The translations under genes were made by a program, and so were the position numbers. The notes beneath the pieces were generated by a model that made no database searches, was not told where the DNA came from, and saw nothing but the letters and a program-made list of their open reading frames with translations. From Holosporaceae bacterium (lineage in GTDB: Bacteria; Pseudomonadota; Alphaproteobacteria; UBA3830): a DNA stretch of 64,000 bases. Shown here in pieces: positions 17,326-26,727 of the stretch (its first letter is position 1; the number at the start of each line of letters is the position of its first letter). The stretch lies in NCBI GenBank assembly GCA_031267235.1, contig JAIRZM010000001.1, forward strand, positions 95,512-159,511, given 5' to 3'.

Positions 17326-17402
17326 GCGTTCGTAGCTCAGCTGGATAGAGCGTCTCCCTCCGGAGGAGAAGGCCGTGGGTTCGAATCCCTCCGGACGCGC
17401 CA
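17326..17402 (+). tRNA. tRNA-Arg (anticodon CCG), CCA encoded
   Basis: Sequence GCGTTCGTAGCTCAGCTGGATAGAGCGTCTCCCTCCGGAGGAGAAGGCCGTGGGTTCGAATCCCTCCGGACGCGCCA. Standard cloverleaf with anticodon loop CTCCGGA and the same U-U T-stem mismatch as the tRNA-Leu. Confidence 0.9.
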
Positions 17403-17709
17403 TCTCAAATATCAGATGAACAGTCCTCCAGGATTTTCAAAAAACTATGCGGCAGGTATCTTTTTTTGGCTGTAGATTTCTCGTCAGATTCGCCGCCAGA
17501 TCCTCATGCACGCCAAACACACCGGGATCACGCGCCGCGGTCCGGCTCGTTCTAGCAAAAAGCACCTCAGTAGGCAACGATCTCAGTTGTGCATACTACT
17601 TCGGCAACTACATGGAATCACAAAACGACACCCGCCGAGCACTCAGCACTTGGAATAGGAATAGAGTTAGGGAAAGTTTGGTCGGGAAGAAAACTCCGTC
17701 ATGCCAAAC

Positions 17710-17733
17710 GCTGGCGCGCCGAAACGCGCCAGC
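17710..17733 (-). terminator. Perfect 9-bp GC-rich hairpin downstream of pal (possible terminator)
   Basis: GCTGGCGCG-ccgaaa-CGCGCCAGC. It ends about 38 nt past the pal stop on the minus strand and is followed there only by GTTTGG, a weak U-tract. Confidence 0.35.
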
Positions 17734-17770
17734 ATTCTGCATGGGGAAAGCAACGCGAAGCAGTGGCTTG

Positions 17771-18250
17771 CTATTCGATCACCGAAATTGCAACGCGGTT
17801 CATCCTGTAAATTTCTTCCTGTGTTCCCTGAGCGGCAATGGGGCGATCCTTACCGTAGGAGACTGTTCTAATGCGATCGCCGGAGATGCCGTGATCCATG
17901 AGGTACCTAGCTGCAGCATCAGCTCTTCTTTCGCCCAATCCAAGATTGTACTCCCTCGTGCCGCGCTCGTCGCAGTGTCCCTCCACCAGAACTTTCCTCT
18001 CTCCGTTTTGCTTCAGCCACTCAGCCTGACGCGACAAAGTAGCTTCAGCCTCCTGAGAGACGCTTGATTTATCATATTCGTAGAAAACTCTATCGCCGGC
18101 CTTGGCTATAAAATCAGCCGCAGATCCTGCAAGAGCTTCATCTTCAACGACGGCCACATCACCGCCGTCAGCGTCCTGCATTCCACATTCACAAGCGGTT
18201 AGAAGCGTAAGAACCGCCAAAGAAACCAAACTATTTGCTTTTTTTTCCAT
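17771..18250 (-). CDS. pal: Peptidoglycan-associated lipoprotein (OmpA-family)
   Basis: I start at ATG 18250 (MEKKANSLVSLAVLTLLTAC, lipobox LTAC) with an AGGAGA RBS. OmpA-like motifs are EGHCDERGTREYNLGLGERRA and NRVAI. Confidence 0.9.
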   Translation of the reverse strand: MEKKANSLVSLAVLTLLTACECGMQDADGGDVAVVEDEALAGSAADFIAKAGDRVFYEYDKSSVSQEAEATLSRQAEWLKQNGERKVLVEGHCDERGTREYNLGLGERRADAAARYLMDHGISGDRIRTVSYGKDRPIAAQGTQEEIYRMNRVAISVIE

Positions 18251-18536
18251 CTTTGCTCTCCTAAAAATTACACAAATTGCGTATGAATACAAAAGCTATA
18301 TCCAACGCAAATCATCGTATATTAGTTATCTTAATTAAAAGTTAACGTCAAGAATTCTTTTGCGTATGATCAACCTTTCTCCAAGGCCTTTCTGGAAAAG
18401 ATATAGAACATCAAATGGTCAAATCCCACGTTTTTTCCCACAGCAAAGCCGTATAGCTGAGCAACCCCGGACAAGTTGCTTTTTTATCACAAACACAAAA
18501 CAACTTTTGTCTATTTACTCAGCAAAATTACGATGG

Positions 18537-18564
18537 TTGACAGCCCATGACATTTTGTTATTAT
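18537..18564 (+). promoter_or_regulatory. Putative sigma70-type promoter for trpS
   Basis: TTGACA (18537-18542), 16-nt spacer, TATTAT (18559-18564), about 47 nt upstream of the trpS ATG. Sequence match only. Confidence 0.35.
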
Positions 18565-18610
18565 CCGTCGCGAGAACTATAATGATGATATTGTGGACAC
18601 TGGGAATCTA

Positions 18611-19627
18611 ATGAGAAAAGTTGCTCTAACCGGAGATAGACCAACTGGAAACCTGCATCTGGGGCATCTTGCTGGATCCCTGAGAAGTCGCGTTGAAATG
18701 CAAAGCTCCTTTGATCAGTACATTATGCTAGCTGATGTTCAAGCGCTCACGGATTATTTTGAAAATTCACGGAAAGTGGTGGACAGCATCCTTGAGGTGA
18801 TCGCCGATTATTTGGCAGTTGGCTTAGATCCTGAATTATCCACGATATTCATCCAATCCCAAATACCTGAGCTTTCTGAACTCACAATGTATTATATGAA
18901 TTTAGTCTCCCTGAGCAGATTGGAAAGAAATCCCACCGTGAAGGCCGAAATCGCCCAAAAGAAGTTTGGAGAATCCGTTCCGGCTGGCTTCCTATGCTAT
19001 CCCATCAGTCAAGCATCGGATATAACAGCCTTCAAAGCAGAAATCGTGCCGGTAGGCGAAGATCAGCTTCCGATGATAGAGCTTTCCAATGAAATAGTGA
19101 GAAGATTCAATAGAATTTATCATACGAATTGCCTAAAGGAGTCTACCGCTCACCTAAGCAAGACCACCAGGCTTGTGGGAATAGATGGAAAAGCGAAGGC
19201 GAGCAAATCATTAAATAACGCAATCTTTCTTAGCGATTCAGCAGAGCTCGTAGCGCAAAAAGTGCAAACCATGTACACGGATCCTGGACATATAAAAATT
19301 TCAGATCCGGGAAATGTTGAGGGAAATGTTGTCTTTGCATATTTGGATGCCTTCCATGACAACGAGGAAGAGATTTCTTCACTCAAGAAAAAATATTCCC
19401 AAGGAGGATTGGGGGATACGGTTTTAAAGTCTCTTTTGAATGATACTTTGCAGAAATTGCTACAACCAATCAGAGAGAAGAGAGAATCCCTCAACAAAAA
19501 AGACCTACTGGAGATATGCTACGTCGGCACCAACAAGGCAAAAAGTGTTGCGCAAAAAACACTTTATGAAGTAAAAAGCGCCATAGGCATCAATTTTTTT
19601 GATAAAAGTTTAAATAGAAGGAATTAA
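18611..19627 (+). CDS. trpS: Tryptophan--tRNA ligase
   Basis: Has HIGH-type motif GNLHLGH and KMSKS-type motif KASKS. I prefer the ATG at 18611 over the track's GTG at 18593. Confidence 0.93.
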   Translation: MRKVALTGDRPTGNLHLGHLAGSLRSRVEMQSSFDQYIMLADVQALTDYFENSRKVVDSILEVIADYLAVGLDPELSTIFIQSQIPELSELTMYYMNLVSLSRLERNPTVKAEIAQKKFGESVPAGFLCYPISQASDITAFKAEIVPVGEDQLPMIELSNEIVRRFNRIYHTNCLKESTAHLSKTTRLVGIDGKAKASKSLNNAIFLSDSAELVAQKVQTMYTDPGHIKISDPGNVEGNVVFAYLDAFHDNEEEISSLKKKYSQGGLGDTVLKSLLNDTLQKLLQPIREKRESLNKKDLLEICYVGTNKAKSVAQKTLYEVKSAIGINFFDKSLNRRN

Positions 19628-19700
19628 AGTGCTCAGAGGGTATTGATTTTTAGAAAGAAAAATTTCAGACTCTGACACTGTTAATATAAAGGAGTACGTT

Positions 19701-19973
19701 ATGAATAAGTCAGAGTTGATTGATGCGTTGTCTAAGAAAAGTGGTCTTACAAAATCCGATTCCGAGAAAGCCATTAACGCTTTTGTTGGCATCATGGAAG
19801 CTACCCTAAAGAAAGGGCAGGATGTGACTTTAGTTGGTTTTGGTAGTTTTTCCGTAAAGAAGACCGCCGGCAGAAGTGGAAGAAATTTTAAGACTGGAGC
19901 TACCATAGACATTCCTCCAAGGAAGTCAGTGCGCTTTAAGCCAGGCAAAAATCTAAAAGATTGCGTGAACTAG
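19701..19973 (+). CDS. hup: HU-family DNA-binding protein
   Basis: 90 aa: MNKSELIDALS...GFGSFSVKKTAGRSGRNFKTG...RFKPGKNLKDCVN. A GGAG RBS lies upstream. Confidence 0.85.
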   Translation: MNKSELIDALSKKSGLTKSDSEKAINAFVGIMEATLKKGQDVTLVGFGSFSVKKTAGRSGRNFKTGATIDIPPRKSVRFKPGKNLKDCVN

Positions 19974-20083
19974 GCTTACCGGTTTCCGGTTAAATCGGCG
20001 GTCGCTTAACGGCGGTCGCTGGTGCTTTAGGGAAGAATTTTCTTCGTCTGCTGTTGTGCAATCGGAATTGAGGATTTTAGGGT

Positions 20084-20791
20084 ATGAAGAAGTTTATCGG
20101 CGCTGCTTTTTTATTTGTTTTGTCGCAGTTTTTTGCGGAATCTGATCTGTGGGCAGCAGCGGAACAAGGGTCGTCCGCCAATAAATCTGCGGATGATTTT
20201 TTTGAATTATCAGAGCCTCACAAGAGCATTAGCGGAGCTTACTGTGGCCTGGGCGCTGGTCTGTCGCTAATATCCCACAACGTTAGCTACGCCAAAAGTG
20301 GAGGCTCCGAGGCGAGTTGTAAAAAAAATGCCTCTCAGTTTGATTTTTCGCTGATTTGCGGATTTGGAGCTCCTTTTTATGGGAAGTATTACGCCGGAGT
20401 TGAGTGTGATTTCTTCAAAAGATTCTCTAAAAAAACCTCCTACAACAATGAAATTGGCATAATACATTCCGCTAATATCGGGGCGAATATGGACGTGCGT
20501 TTTGGATATCTATTTCCGGAGCATGGTTCCATGGCTTATTTGACTGCTGGTTTTGCCCGAATTGTCGGGAGAATAACATTTGACAAAAGCAATGGGGAGG
20601 GATCTTTTGGATCGTTCTATCCCACTGTAGGTCTTGGCCTGGAGCACAAGATCAATCATCGCTGGAACGTTAGAGGCGATTTCCGCATAGCCATCACCTC
20701 CAAGGACGACAACAAGTACTACGGTAATTGGAAATACGAAGCAAAACCCAATAGAATCTCTTTCCGGTTATCCATCACCAGAAGTATTTAA
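20084..20791 (+). CDS. Outer-membrane beta-barrel protein (small porin/Omp25-like family)
   Basis: 235 aa with a signal peptide. It shows alternating aromatic/hydrophobic beta-strand patterns (YAGVECDF, MDVRFGYLF, NVRGDFRIA). Confidence 0.65.
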   Translation: MKKFIGAAFLFVLSQFFAESDLWAAAEQGSSANKSADDFFELSEPHKSISGAYCGLGAGLSLISHNVSYAKSGGSEASCKKNASQFDFSLICGFGAPFYGKYYAGVECDFFKRFSKKTSYNNEIGIIHSANIGANMDVRFGYLFPEHGSMAYLTAGFARIVGRITFDKSNGEGSFGSFYPTVGLGLEHKINHRWNVRGDFRIAITSKDDNKYYGNWKYEAKPNRISFRLSITRSI

Positions 20792-20876
20792 CAATTCCTA
20801 AGAAATATTCTAGCAAGAAGCTCTAACTTGGGTTAGAATCGATGATGGTTATTTTCATAGGCAGGTCTGTATCCTA

Positions 20877-21518
20877 ATGGAAGAAAATTCAATAATTAAC
20901 GAAATAAATGAAGAGCTGAAAAATGAGCAGCTGTGGGAGTTTTTTAGCAAGTATCGCAGAAGCATTTTTGCTTTTTTAGTCGTTGCTGTGTTAGGAATAA
21001 TAGTCTATTCCTCTTGGTATAACAGAAAAAACACCAAGATGGAGGAGATAACCACCGCACTGGTGAACATTTTGAGAGCTCCGACGCAGAAAAATGAAGT
21101 TATTATTGGCGGATTGATGGAAAATGCCCCTGCTGAGGTAAAGCCGATTCTTGCAATTATGAAATCCGGAAGAAAGCTGTCGCAGCTAGAGAATGTAACC
21201 GAAAATCTGGACGCCCTGCTGGAACTATCGAAAAAACATGGAGTTGATTTGATTTGGAAGGATTTGGCGTTGATAATTTATGCATCCCATAGCCCATCTC
21301 TGGATGTTTCAATAAAGTTGCTGGAGCCTTTGACTGTAGAAGGGCGGCCATTTCGCTTTACGGCTCTTGAGATGTCAGCGACAATACATGAAAACATGGG
21401 GCGACGCCAAGAAGCCTTGGAAAATTTTCAAAAAATTATCGATAGCAGGGAAGCTCCAAACTCTCTAAAACGTAGAATTGCGACTCTTTCTAATCATCTA
21501 AAAAATCTGGAGAAATAA
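20877..21518 (+). CDS. YfgM-like membrane-anchored TPR-like protein
   Basis: 213 aa with a single N-terminal TM after a charged leader. It occupies the conserved position immediately upstream of bamB-der. Confidence 0.55.
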   Translation: MEENSIINEINEELKNEQLWEFFSKYRRSIFAFLVVAVLGIIVYSSWYNRKNTKMEEITTALVNILRAPTQKNEVIIGGLMENAPAEVKPILAIMKSGRKLSQLENVTENLDALLELSKKHGVDLIWKDLALIIYASHSPSLDVSIKLLEPLTVEGRPFRFTALEMSATIHENMGRRQEALENFQKIIDSREAPNSLKRRIATLSNHLKNLEK

Positions 21519-21520
21519 TC

Positions 21521-22810
21521 ATGAAGCATCTTTCTGCGTTGGCTGTTGTTTTGTCTTTGCTCTTTTTGGGCGGTTGCTCTTCCAAAGAAACTCTTCTGGG
21601 AGCTAGAGAAGAGCTCATCGTTGCGGAAATGGGAGAAGAAGAAATTTTAAACAAATTAGATACTTCTCCTGTGATATCAGATCCGTCAAAAGATAATGAC
21701 GACTATCCTCAGGCGTTTTTTAATGCTGCTCACTGCTATGCACCACTGAAACTCTCGCTTTCTCCAACAAAAGTTTGGAGCTCCAGTCTAGATTTTGAAA
21801 GCAGTCAGTTCATCATAATGACAGCGACTCCAGTGATTGCCGATGGAAAAGTTTTCTGCATTGACGCCGGAGGCATCATCTACGCTCTGAATCAAAAAAC
21901 CGGCGAAAGATTATGGCGAGTGAGCACAACCATTGTGGGGAAAGACGGCCAAATAGGCGGAGCGATTGCCTACAACGCTGGACGCATCATTGCAACATCC
22001 AGTTTTTCCGAATGCTTTGCCCTGGATGCAGAAAGCGGTAAAATTCTCTGGAGAATTAAGCTTCCTGCTGCTTGCAAAGGTGACGGCATTACAATTTCAA
22101 ATAAAAAAGCATTCATATCCTGCAGCAATAGCAGTCTGCAGGTGGTAGATATCAGCAGTGGTAAGATTTTATGGTCTCATTCGGGAATGGTTTCCGACTC
22201 CACCTACATAGGAAGCTCTGGCGCTGCAGTAGTTGACGGAGTGGTCTACCTCAGCTATCCATCCGGAGAAGTTTACGCTCTTCTGGAAGAGACGGGAGCG
22301 GCAATTTGGGACGCCATGACGTCCAAGTTTTCCCTCACCAATGTTTCGCGCGCCTTTGCTCATCCAAGGGCTTGTTCCGTCGTAAATGATGGAGTCGTCT
22401 ACATATCCGCGGCTAATGGTCAGACTTCCGCATTCAATGCAAAAACCGGAAAGCTTATTTGGAAAAACGATTTTGGAAGCGCTCAAACTCCAATTGTAAG
22501 CGGAAATAGCATTTTCATATTTAATGCAAAATCCGAGCTCGTATGTCTGAACAAAGAAAACGGAAGAAAACGTTGGAATACATTGTTAACCGCTGATGAA
22601 GAACATATCTCAGATTGGTATGGAATGGCGTTGTTGAAGGATAATCTGCTGATGATTTCTCCTCTTGGTCGCATGATGTTTGTGTCCATTTATGATGGTA
22701 AAGTCAAGAAAGTGCTAGATCTAGACGACGGAGTTTCCGTAAATCCGGCAATCGCCGATGGCGCAATATATTTGCTCATGAACGAAGGCAGTGTCTCGGC
22801 CTACAGATGA
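21521..22810 (+). CDS. bamB: Outer membrane protein assembly factor BamB (PQQ-like beta-propeller lipoprotein)
   Basis: 429 aa with lipobox LGGCSS. Repeated G..(I/V)YA(L)...(T)G..(L/I)W propeller blades; located upstream of der. Confidence 0.85.
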   Translation: MKHLSALAVVLSLLFLGGCSSKETLLGAREELIVAEMGEEEILNKLDTSPVISDPSKDNDDYPQAFFNAAHCYAPLKLSLSPTKVWSSSLDFESSQFIIMTATPVIADGKVFCIDAGGIIYALNQKTGERLWRVSTTIVGKDGQIGGAIAYNAGRIIATSSFSECFALDAESGKILWRIKLPAACKGDGITISNKKAFISCSNSSLQVVDISSGKILWSHSGMVSDSTYIGSSGAAVVDGVVYLSYPSGEVYALLEETGAAIWDAMTSKFSLTNVSRAFAHPRACSVVNDGVVYISAANGQTSAFNAKTGKLIWKNDFGSAQTPIVSGNSIFIFNAKSELVCLNKENGRKRWNTLLTADEEHISDWYGMALLKDNLLMISPLGRMMFVSIYDGKVKKVLDLDDGVSVNPAIADGAIYLLMNEGSVSAYR

Positions 22811-22831
22811 AAATCGCACTTCATTGGGCGT

Positions 22832-24184
22832 ATGATTATGCATAATAAGAATTCTGTGGTTTTGATTGGAAGACCCAATGTTGGCAAATCCACTCTTTTC
22901 AATAGGCTTGCTGGAAAGCGGCTAGCCATTGTCGGCGACGTACCAGGCATCACTCGTGATCGTAAATTAACCATGGTTGATTTATGTGGACTGAGGTTCA
23001 AACTTTTAGATACTCCTGGGGTTGATCCGCTTTCCCGTAGCTCGCTGGCAATATCCATGAATGCCCAATCGCTGGCTGGCGTCAAAGAGTCTGGCATTGT
23101 TTTCTTTGTCGTTGATGCGCATGAGGGCATTACCACTCTTGATCGAGAAATTGCCTCTTGGCTCAGGTCTTCCCTAGGAAAACTTGGGAATCGTTCCATA
23201 ATCATTATTGAAAATAAATCTGATGGAAGCTTTCCTCCAATTGCTTCGAGTATTTTAGGGTTTGGAGAAGGAATTGCCGTTTCCGCAGAGCATAATCTCG
23301 GAATAGATGAAATTTATACTGTGCTCATGAGCTGCAATTCGTTTTGCATGCCAGAAAAATGCGAAATTATTCCAGCAAACGCTGTCAAAATTGCCATTAT
23401 AGGCCGTCCTAATGTAGGAAAATCGACTCTAATCAACGCTATTTTGGGAGAAAACCGTTTGCTTACCGGAGAGCAAGCCGGAATCACGCGGGATGCGATT
23501 TCTGTGGATTGGCAATTTAAAAATCGCAAAATTATATTAATGGACACTGCTGGACAGCGTAGAAAATCTCAAGTTAAGGGAAAAATTGAGACGATTTCTG
23601 TCATGGACGCTCAGCGATATATTCGGCAGGCTCACCTGGTGTGGGTACTTATGGACATCGAAAATCCGCTGGAAAAACAGGACATAACCATAGCCCGCGA
23701 AGCCTTTAGGGAAGGGAAAATTGTTATATTTCTTCTAAGCAAAAGCGATAAGTCCTCAAATCCAGACGAAGTGCAAAAATCAGTGGAAAAGCGCCTTCGA
23801 AAGGAATTTGCTCAATTACCCGGTGTTACCTGTCTTTTAATTTCCGCAAAGGAAATGAAGGGGCTTGCAAGAGTTTTTAATATATCATTTGCATTGTTTG
23901 ATAATTGGTCTCGCAGAATTCCAACTGGAGTTCTCAATAGATGGCTCCAGAAGGCTGTTTCCCAAACGCCGCCGCCGCTGGTCCGCAATTCGACTGTTAA
24001 GTTGAAGTACATATCTCAAACCAGTAGCAAACCACCGACGTTTATCGTATTCGCCAACCGCTCCGATCGTCTGCCGGACAGCTATGGCAGATACCTGCTG
24101 AATCACTTGAGCAAATCTTTTGAATTCGGAGGAATTACGCTGCGTCTATCCTTTCGGCAGCCGAAAAACCCATTTGACAATTGA
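22832..24184 (+). CDS. der: Ribosome-associated GTPase Der/EngA (double GTPase domains)
   Basis: 450 aa. It has two G1 motifs (GRPNVGKST twice) and DTPG/DTAG G3 motifs. Confidence 0.95.
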   Translation: MIMHNKNSVVLIGRPNVGKSTLFNRLAGKRLAIVGDVPGITRDRKLTMVDLCGLRFKLLDTPGVDPLSRSSLAISMNAQSLAGVKESGIVFFVVDAHEGITTLDREIASWLRSSLGKLGNRSIIIIENKSDGSFPPIASSILGFGEGIAVSAEHNLGIDEIYTVLMSCNSFCMPEKCEIIPANAVKIAIIGRPNVGKSTLINAILGENRLLTGEQAGITRDAISVDWQFKNRKIILMDTAGQRRKSQVKGKIETISVMDAQRYIRQAHLVWVLMDIENPLEKQDITIAREAFREGKIVIFLLSKSDKSSNPDEVQKSVEKRLRKEFAQLPGVTCLLISAKEMKGLARVFNISFALFDNWSRRIPTGVLNRWLQKAVSQTPPPLVRNSTVKLKYISQTSSKPPTFIVFANRSDRLPDSYGRYLLNHLSKSFEFGGITLRLSFRQPKNPFDN

Positions 24185-24600
24185 TCAATGCTTGCTAATC
24201 TAGAACTTTCTATTTTTGAAGATGGGATTATTTTGCTTATCGGAAGGCGTGAGCATAGACAACCACTTGTTATAATACGGAGACCACACGGATGGCAAAA
24301 AGAATACCCTTCCGCTATATTTACAGTACACAAAGCGAACCTCTTCACAGAAATATATATATAGAATTTTCCTTTGGAATCTTTTACGATAACTTGCAAT
24401 GCAGTGCCGTTCATGTTTTCGCGTTTAATTTGGCAAGAAAGGATACCTTTACTAGAATCACAAGTGCATTTGTCCAAAATTATAATTTTATAAAGCCATT
24501 TGTAAAAATCACGGATTGAACCATTGTATATGCAAGAGACTGCCTGATACATATAGTAAGTTGACATGCTCGCATCTTTTGTATTACACGATCGCCACAT
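24103..24600 (-). CDS. Doubtful Cys-rich hypothetical ORF
   Basis: 165-aa ORF filling an otherwise empty ~450-nt gap. No motif recognised, and its 3' end overlaps der convergently by 82 nt. Confidence 0.2.
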   Translation of the reverse strand: MWRSCNTKDASMSTYYMYQAVSCIYNGSIRDFYKWLYKIIILDKCTCDSSKGILSCQIKRENMNGTALQVIVKDSKGKFYIYISVKRFALCTVNIAEGYSFCHPCGLRIITSGCLCSRLPISKIIPSSKIESSRLASIDQLSNGFFGCRKDRRSVIPPNSKDLLK

Positions 24601-24636
24601 TTTTGCTGCGTTTCAATGGCGTGTAATTTATTCCAA

Positions 24637-25551
24637 TTACGCTAGAAATTGATTTGCGTCCAGAGCGGCCATGCAACCCTGCCCCGCTGATGTTATGGCT
24701 TGCCTATAGATAGGATCGCAAACGTCTCCGGCGGCAAATACTCCAGCTACTGAAGTTTCTGTGCTATTTGTCTTTATTAGAACGTAGCCTTCATCGTTTA
24801 AGTCCAATTTAGATTTGAAAATTTCCGTAGCTGGCTTGTGTCCAATGGCAATAAATACTCCGTCTATGGGTTTTGAGGTTTCACTATGGTCAAGAAGGTC
24901 TTCTAGCTGTAACTCGGTTACTTTTGTCCCATCCCCAACTATACCTTTTACCCCGCTATTCCAAATAACGCTTACCTTGGAATTTTCCAGTAGACGGTCT
25001 TGCATAATTTTTTCAGCACGCAGTTGATCTCTTCTGTGTATGAGCGTGACATTTTTAGCAAATCTAGTCAGATAAATTGCTTCTTCGACAGCGGTGTTGC
25101 CTCCGCCAACCACCGCCACATCCTTATTCCTAAAGAAAAAACCATCGCAGGTAGCGCAGGAAGAAACCCCCGCTCCCCGATACTGGGCCTCACCGGAAAT
25201 TCCGAGCCACTTGGCGCTGGCTCCGGTGGCGATGATAACAGCTCTGCTTTCATAAGAAATTCCGGATTCTCCCAGACAAACGAAGGGTCTTTCAGAAAAA
25301 TCCACCGACTTTATGGCGTCCTGCTCAAGAGAAACACCCATATTTTCGACTTGAAGCCTCATCTTGTCCATCAACTCTTGCCCAGATATGAGCTCAGGAA
25401 ATCCAGGATAATTCTCTATGGAAGATGTTGTGGTCAATTGGCCGCCAGGCTGACCTCCAACTATTATTTTCGCAGAGCGCCCTGCTCTTGCGGCGTAAAT
25501 TGCGGCGGCACATCCAGCTGGGCCACTGCCAATGATTAAAATATCTATCAT
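24637..25551 (-). CDS. trxB: Thioredoxin-disulfide reductase
   Basis: 304 aa with FAD motif IIGSGPAGCAAAIYA, redox-active CATCDG, and GGGNTAVEEA. Confidence 0.93.
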   Translation of the reverse strand: MIDILIIGSGPAGCAAAIYAARAGRSAKIIVGGQPGGQLTTTSSIENYPGFPELISGQELMDKMRLQVENMGVSLEQDAIKSVDFSERPFVCLGESGISYESRAVIIATGASAKWLGISGEAQYRGAGVSSCATCDGFFFRNKDVAVVGGGNTAVEEAIYLTRFAKNVTLIHRRDQLRAEKIMQDRLLENSKVSVIWNSGVKGIVGDGTKVTELQLEDLLDHSETSKPIDGVFIAIGHKPATEIFKSKLDLNDEGYVLIKTNSTETSVAGVFAAGDVCDPIYRQAITSAGQGCMAALDANQFLA

Positions 25552-25616
25552 CCAACCTTCGTTAATTAACTAATCCAACCGCAATGGTAGCAAAATATTT
25601 ATTTAAATGCGATGCG

Positions 25617-26723
25617 TTATACTTCTCTGCAGATGGATTTTTCTACGTGATAGATCTGGGCTACTTCGGAAAGCTCCTCAAATAGATACGGATCAGTTCC
25701 GGTGAAAAATGTCTGCACATTCAGAGACAGCAATTCTTTAAACAAGCTTTGTCTGCTGCCATTATCGAGACGCACCAGCAGATCGTCCAGCAATAGTACT
25801 GGAACTCCGCCTCTTAAACGCAAATAAATTCTAGCCATCGCCAAAATAATGGATATGAGAAACGCCTTCTGTTCGCCGGTCGAACAATTTTCAGCGTCTA
25901 AATTTGTTTGGGGAGCAGTCGCATGCCAGAGAGTTTTTTGGGCACTAACGGCGGTGGTTTGCCTCTCCGCATCATCGGCTCTGCTTCTTGCAAGAGCGCA
26001 CATTAGCTCCAAAAAAGCATTTTCTTCGCTATTATCTTCGTATATTTTTTCGATAACGCCGGAAATGCCTACGCGCGGCCTCAGAAAATTGGAGGAGTGC
26101 TCGGCGAATGTTTTGCGTAGCAGTTCTATAAATTCCAATCTTGTTTTGGTTATTTGAATATTCTCCAGAGCAATTTTTTCCTCTAAAACCGTCAGCCAGT
26201 TTACATCTTTCCGCAGGAGCATAACATGCAGTCGCTCTTTTTGCAGCATATTTAGATTGTAAATCCTGCGTTTATGTCTTTTATCGTAGCCGCTTACAAG
26301 ATGATCAAAGAAGCTTCTTCGATCCGCTAAAGCGCCGGAAAAAATATTATCCATGCTCGGCACAACCCAGAGCAGCCATAATACTTCTTCAAATTTAGCC
26401 AATGAATTAGCGTTGTCGTTGTCTATTTTTGCCGTTCGTCGTCCATTCTGAACGCCGACCGATAAAAAAGTTCGGTATTGCTCATTTTGCAGTATTAATT
26501 CAAGATTCCAGGAAGAAGCTGGAGAATCAAGCGAATTCAGATCAGCCATTGAGGCTTTTCTTAGGCCTCTGTCGGAGGAGAATAGCGAGATTGCTTCCAA
26601 AATATTAGTTTTGCCTGCTCCATTTCTCCCCTGAAAAACAACGAATCTGGAAGAAAAATTCAAAACCAACGCACGATAGGAACGAAAGTTTCTACAGCTT
26701 AATCTTAGGAGATTAGATTTCAA
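25617..26723 (-). CDS. recF: DNA replication/repair protein RecF
   Basis: 368 aa with Walker A GRNGAGKTN and LLLDDL. Located directly downstream of dnaN. Confidence 0.9.
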   Translation of the reverse strand: MKSNLLRLSCRNFRSYRALVLNFSSRFVVFQGRNGAGKTNILEAISLFSSDRGLRKASMADLNSLDSPASSWNLELILQNEQYRTFLSVGVQNGRRTAKIDNDNANSLAKFEEVLWLLWVVPSMDNIFSGALADRRSFFDHLVSGYDKRHKRRIYNLNMLQKERLHVMLLRKDVNWLTVLEEKIALENIQITKTRLEFIELLRKTFAEHSSNFLRPRVGISGVIEKIYEDNSEENAFLELMCALARSRADDAERQTTAVSAQKTLWHATAPQTNLDAENCSTGEQKAFLISIILAMARIYLRLRGGVPVLLLDDLLVRLDNGSRQSLFKELLSLNVQTFFTGTDPYLFEELSEVAQIYHVEKSICREV

Positions 26724-26727
26724 GAAT

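Noticed and set aside
17403-17770. Possibility that the GC-rich tract is tmRNA, RNase P RNA or SRP RNA
   Set aside because: I could not find a second T-arm/CCA end or an alanine-rich tag ORF (tmRNA), GAAAGUCC or ACAGAACCCGGCUUA (RNase P), or GGAAGCAGCC (SRP). It is kept only as an unassigned finding.
17447-18067. 206-aa plus-strand ORF
   Set aside because: Its 3' half is antisense to the well-supported pal gene. The translated sequence is R/S/C-rich with no motif. Local high GC keeps spurious frames open.
18331-18345. TTAA-N7-TTAA (CtrA-box-like) in the pal/trpS intergenic region
   Set aside because: This is a single occurrence of a very AT-rich motif in AT-rich DNA, which is expected by chance.
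19974-20083. Direct 11-nt repeat CGGCGGTCGCT x2 and small hairpins (ACCGGtttCCGGT, GAAGAatttTCTTC) after the HU gene
   Set aside because: These are short and low in information. They are probably just the hup terminator region.
25000-25539. 179-aa plus-strand ORF
   Set aside because: It is antisense to trxB.
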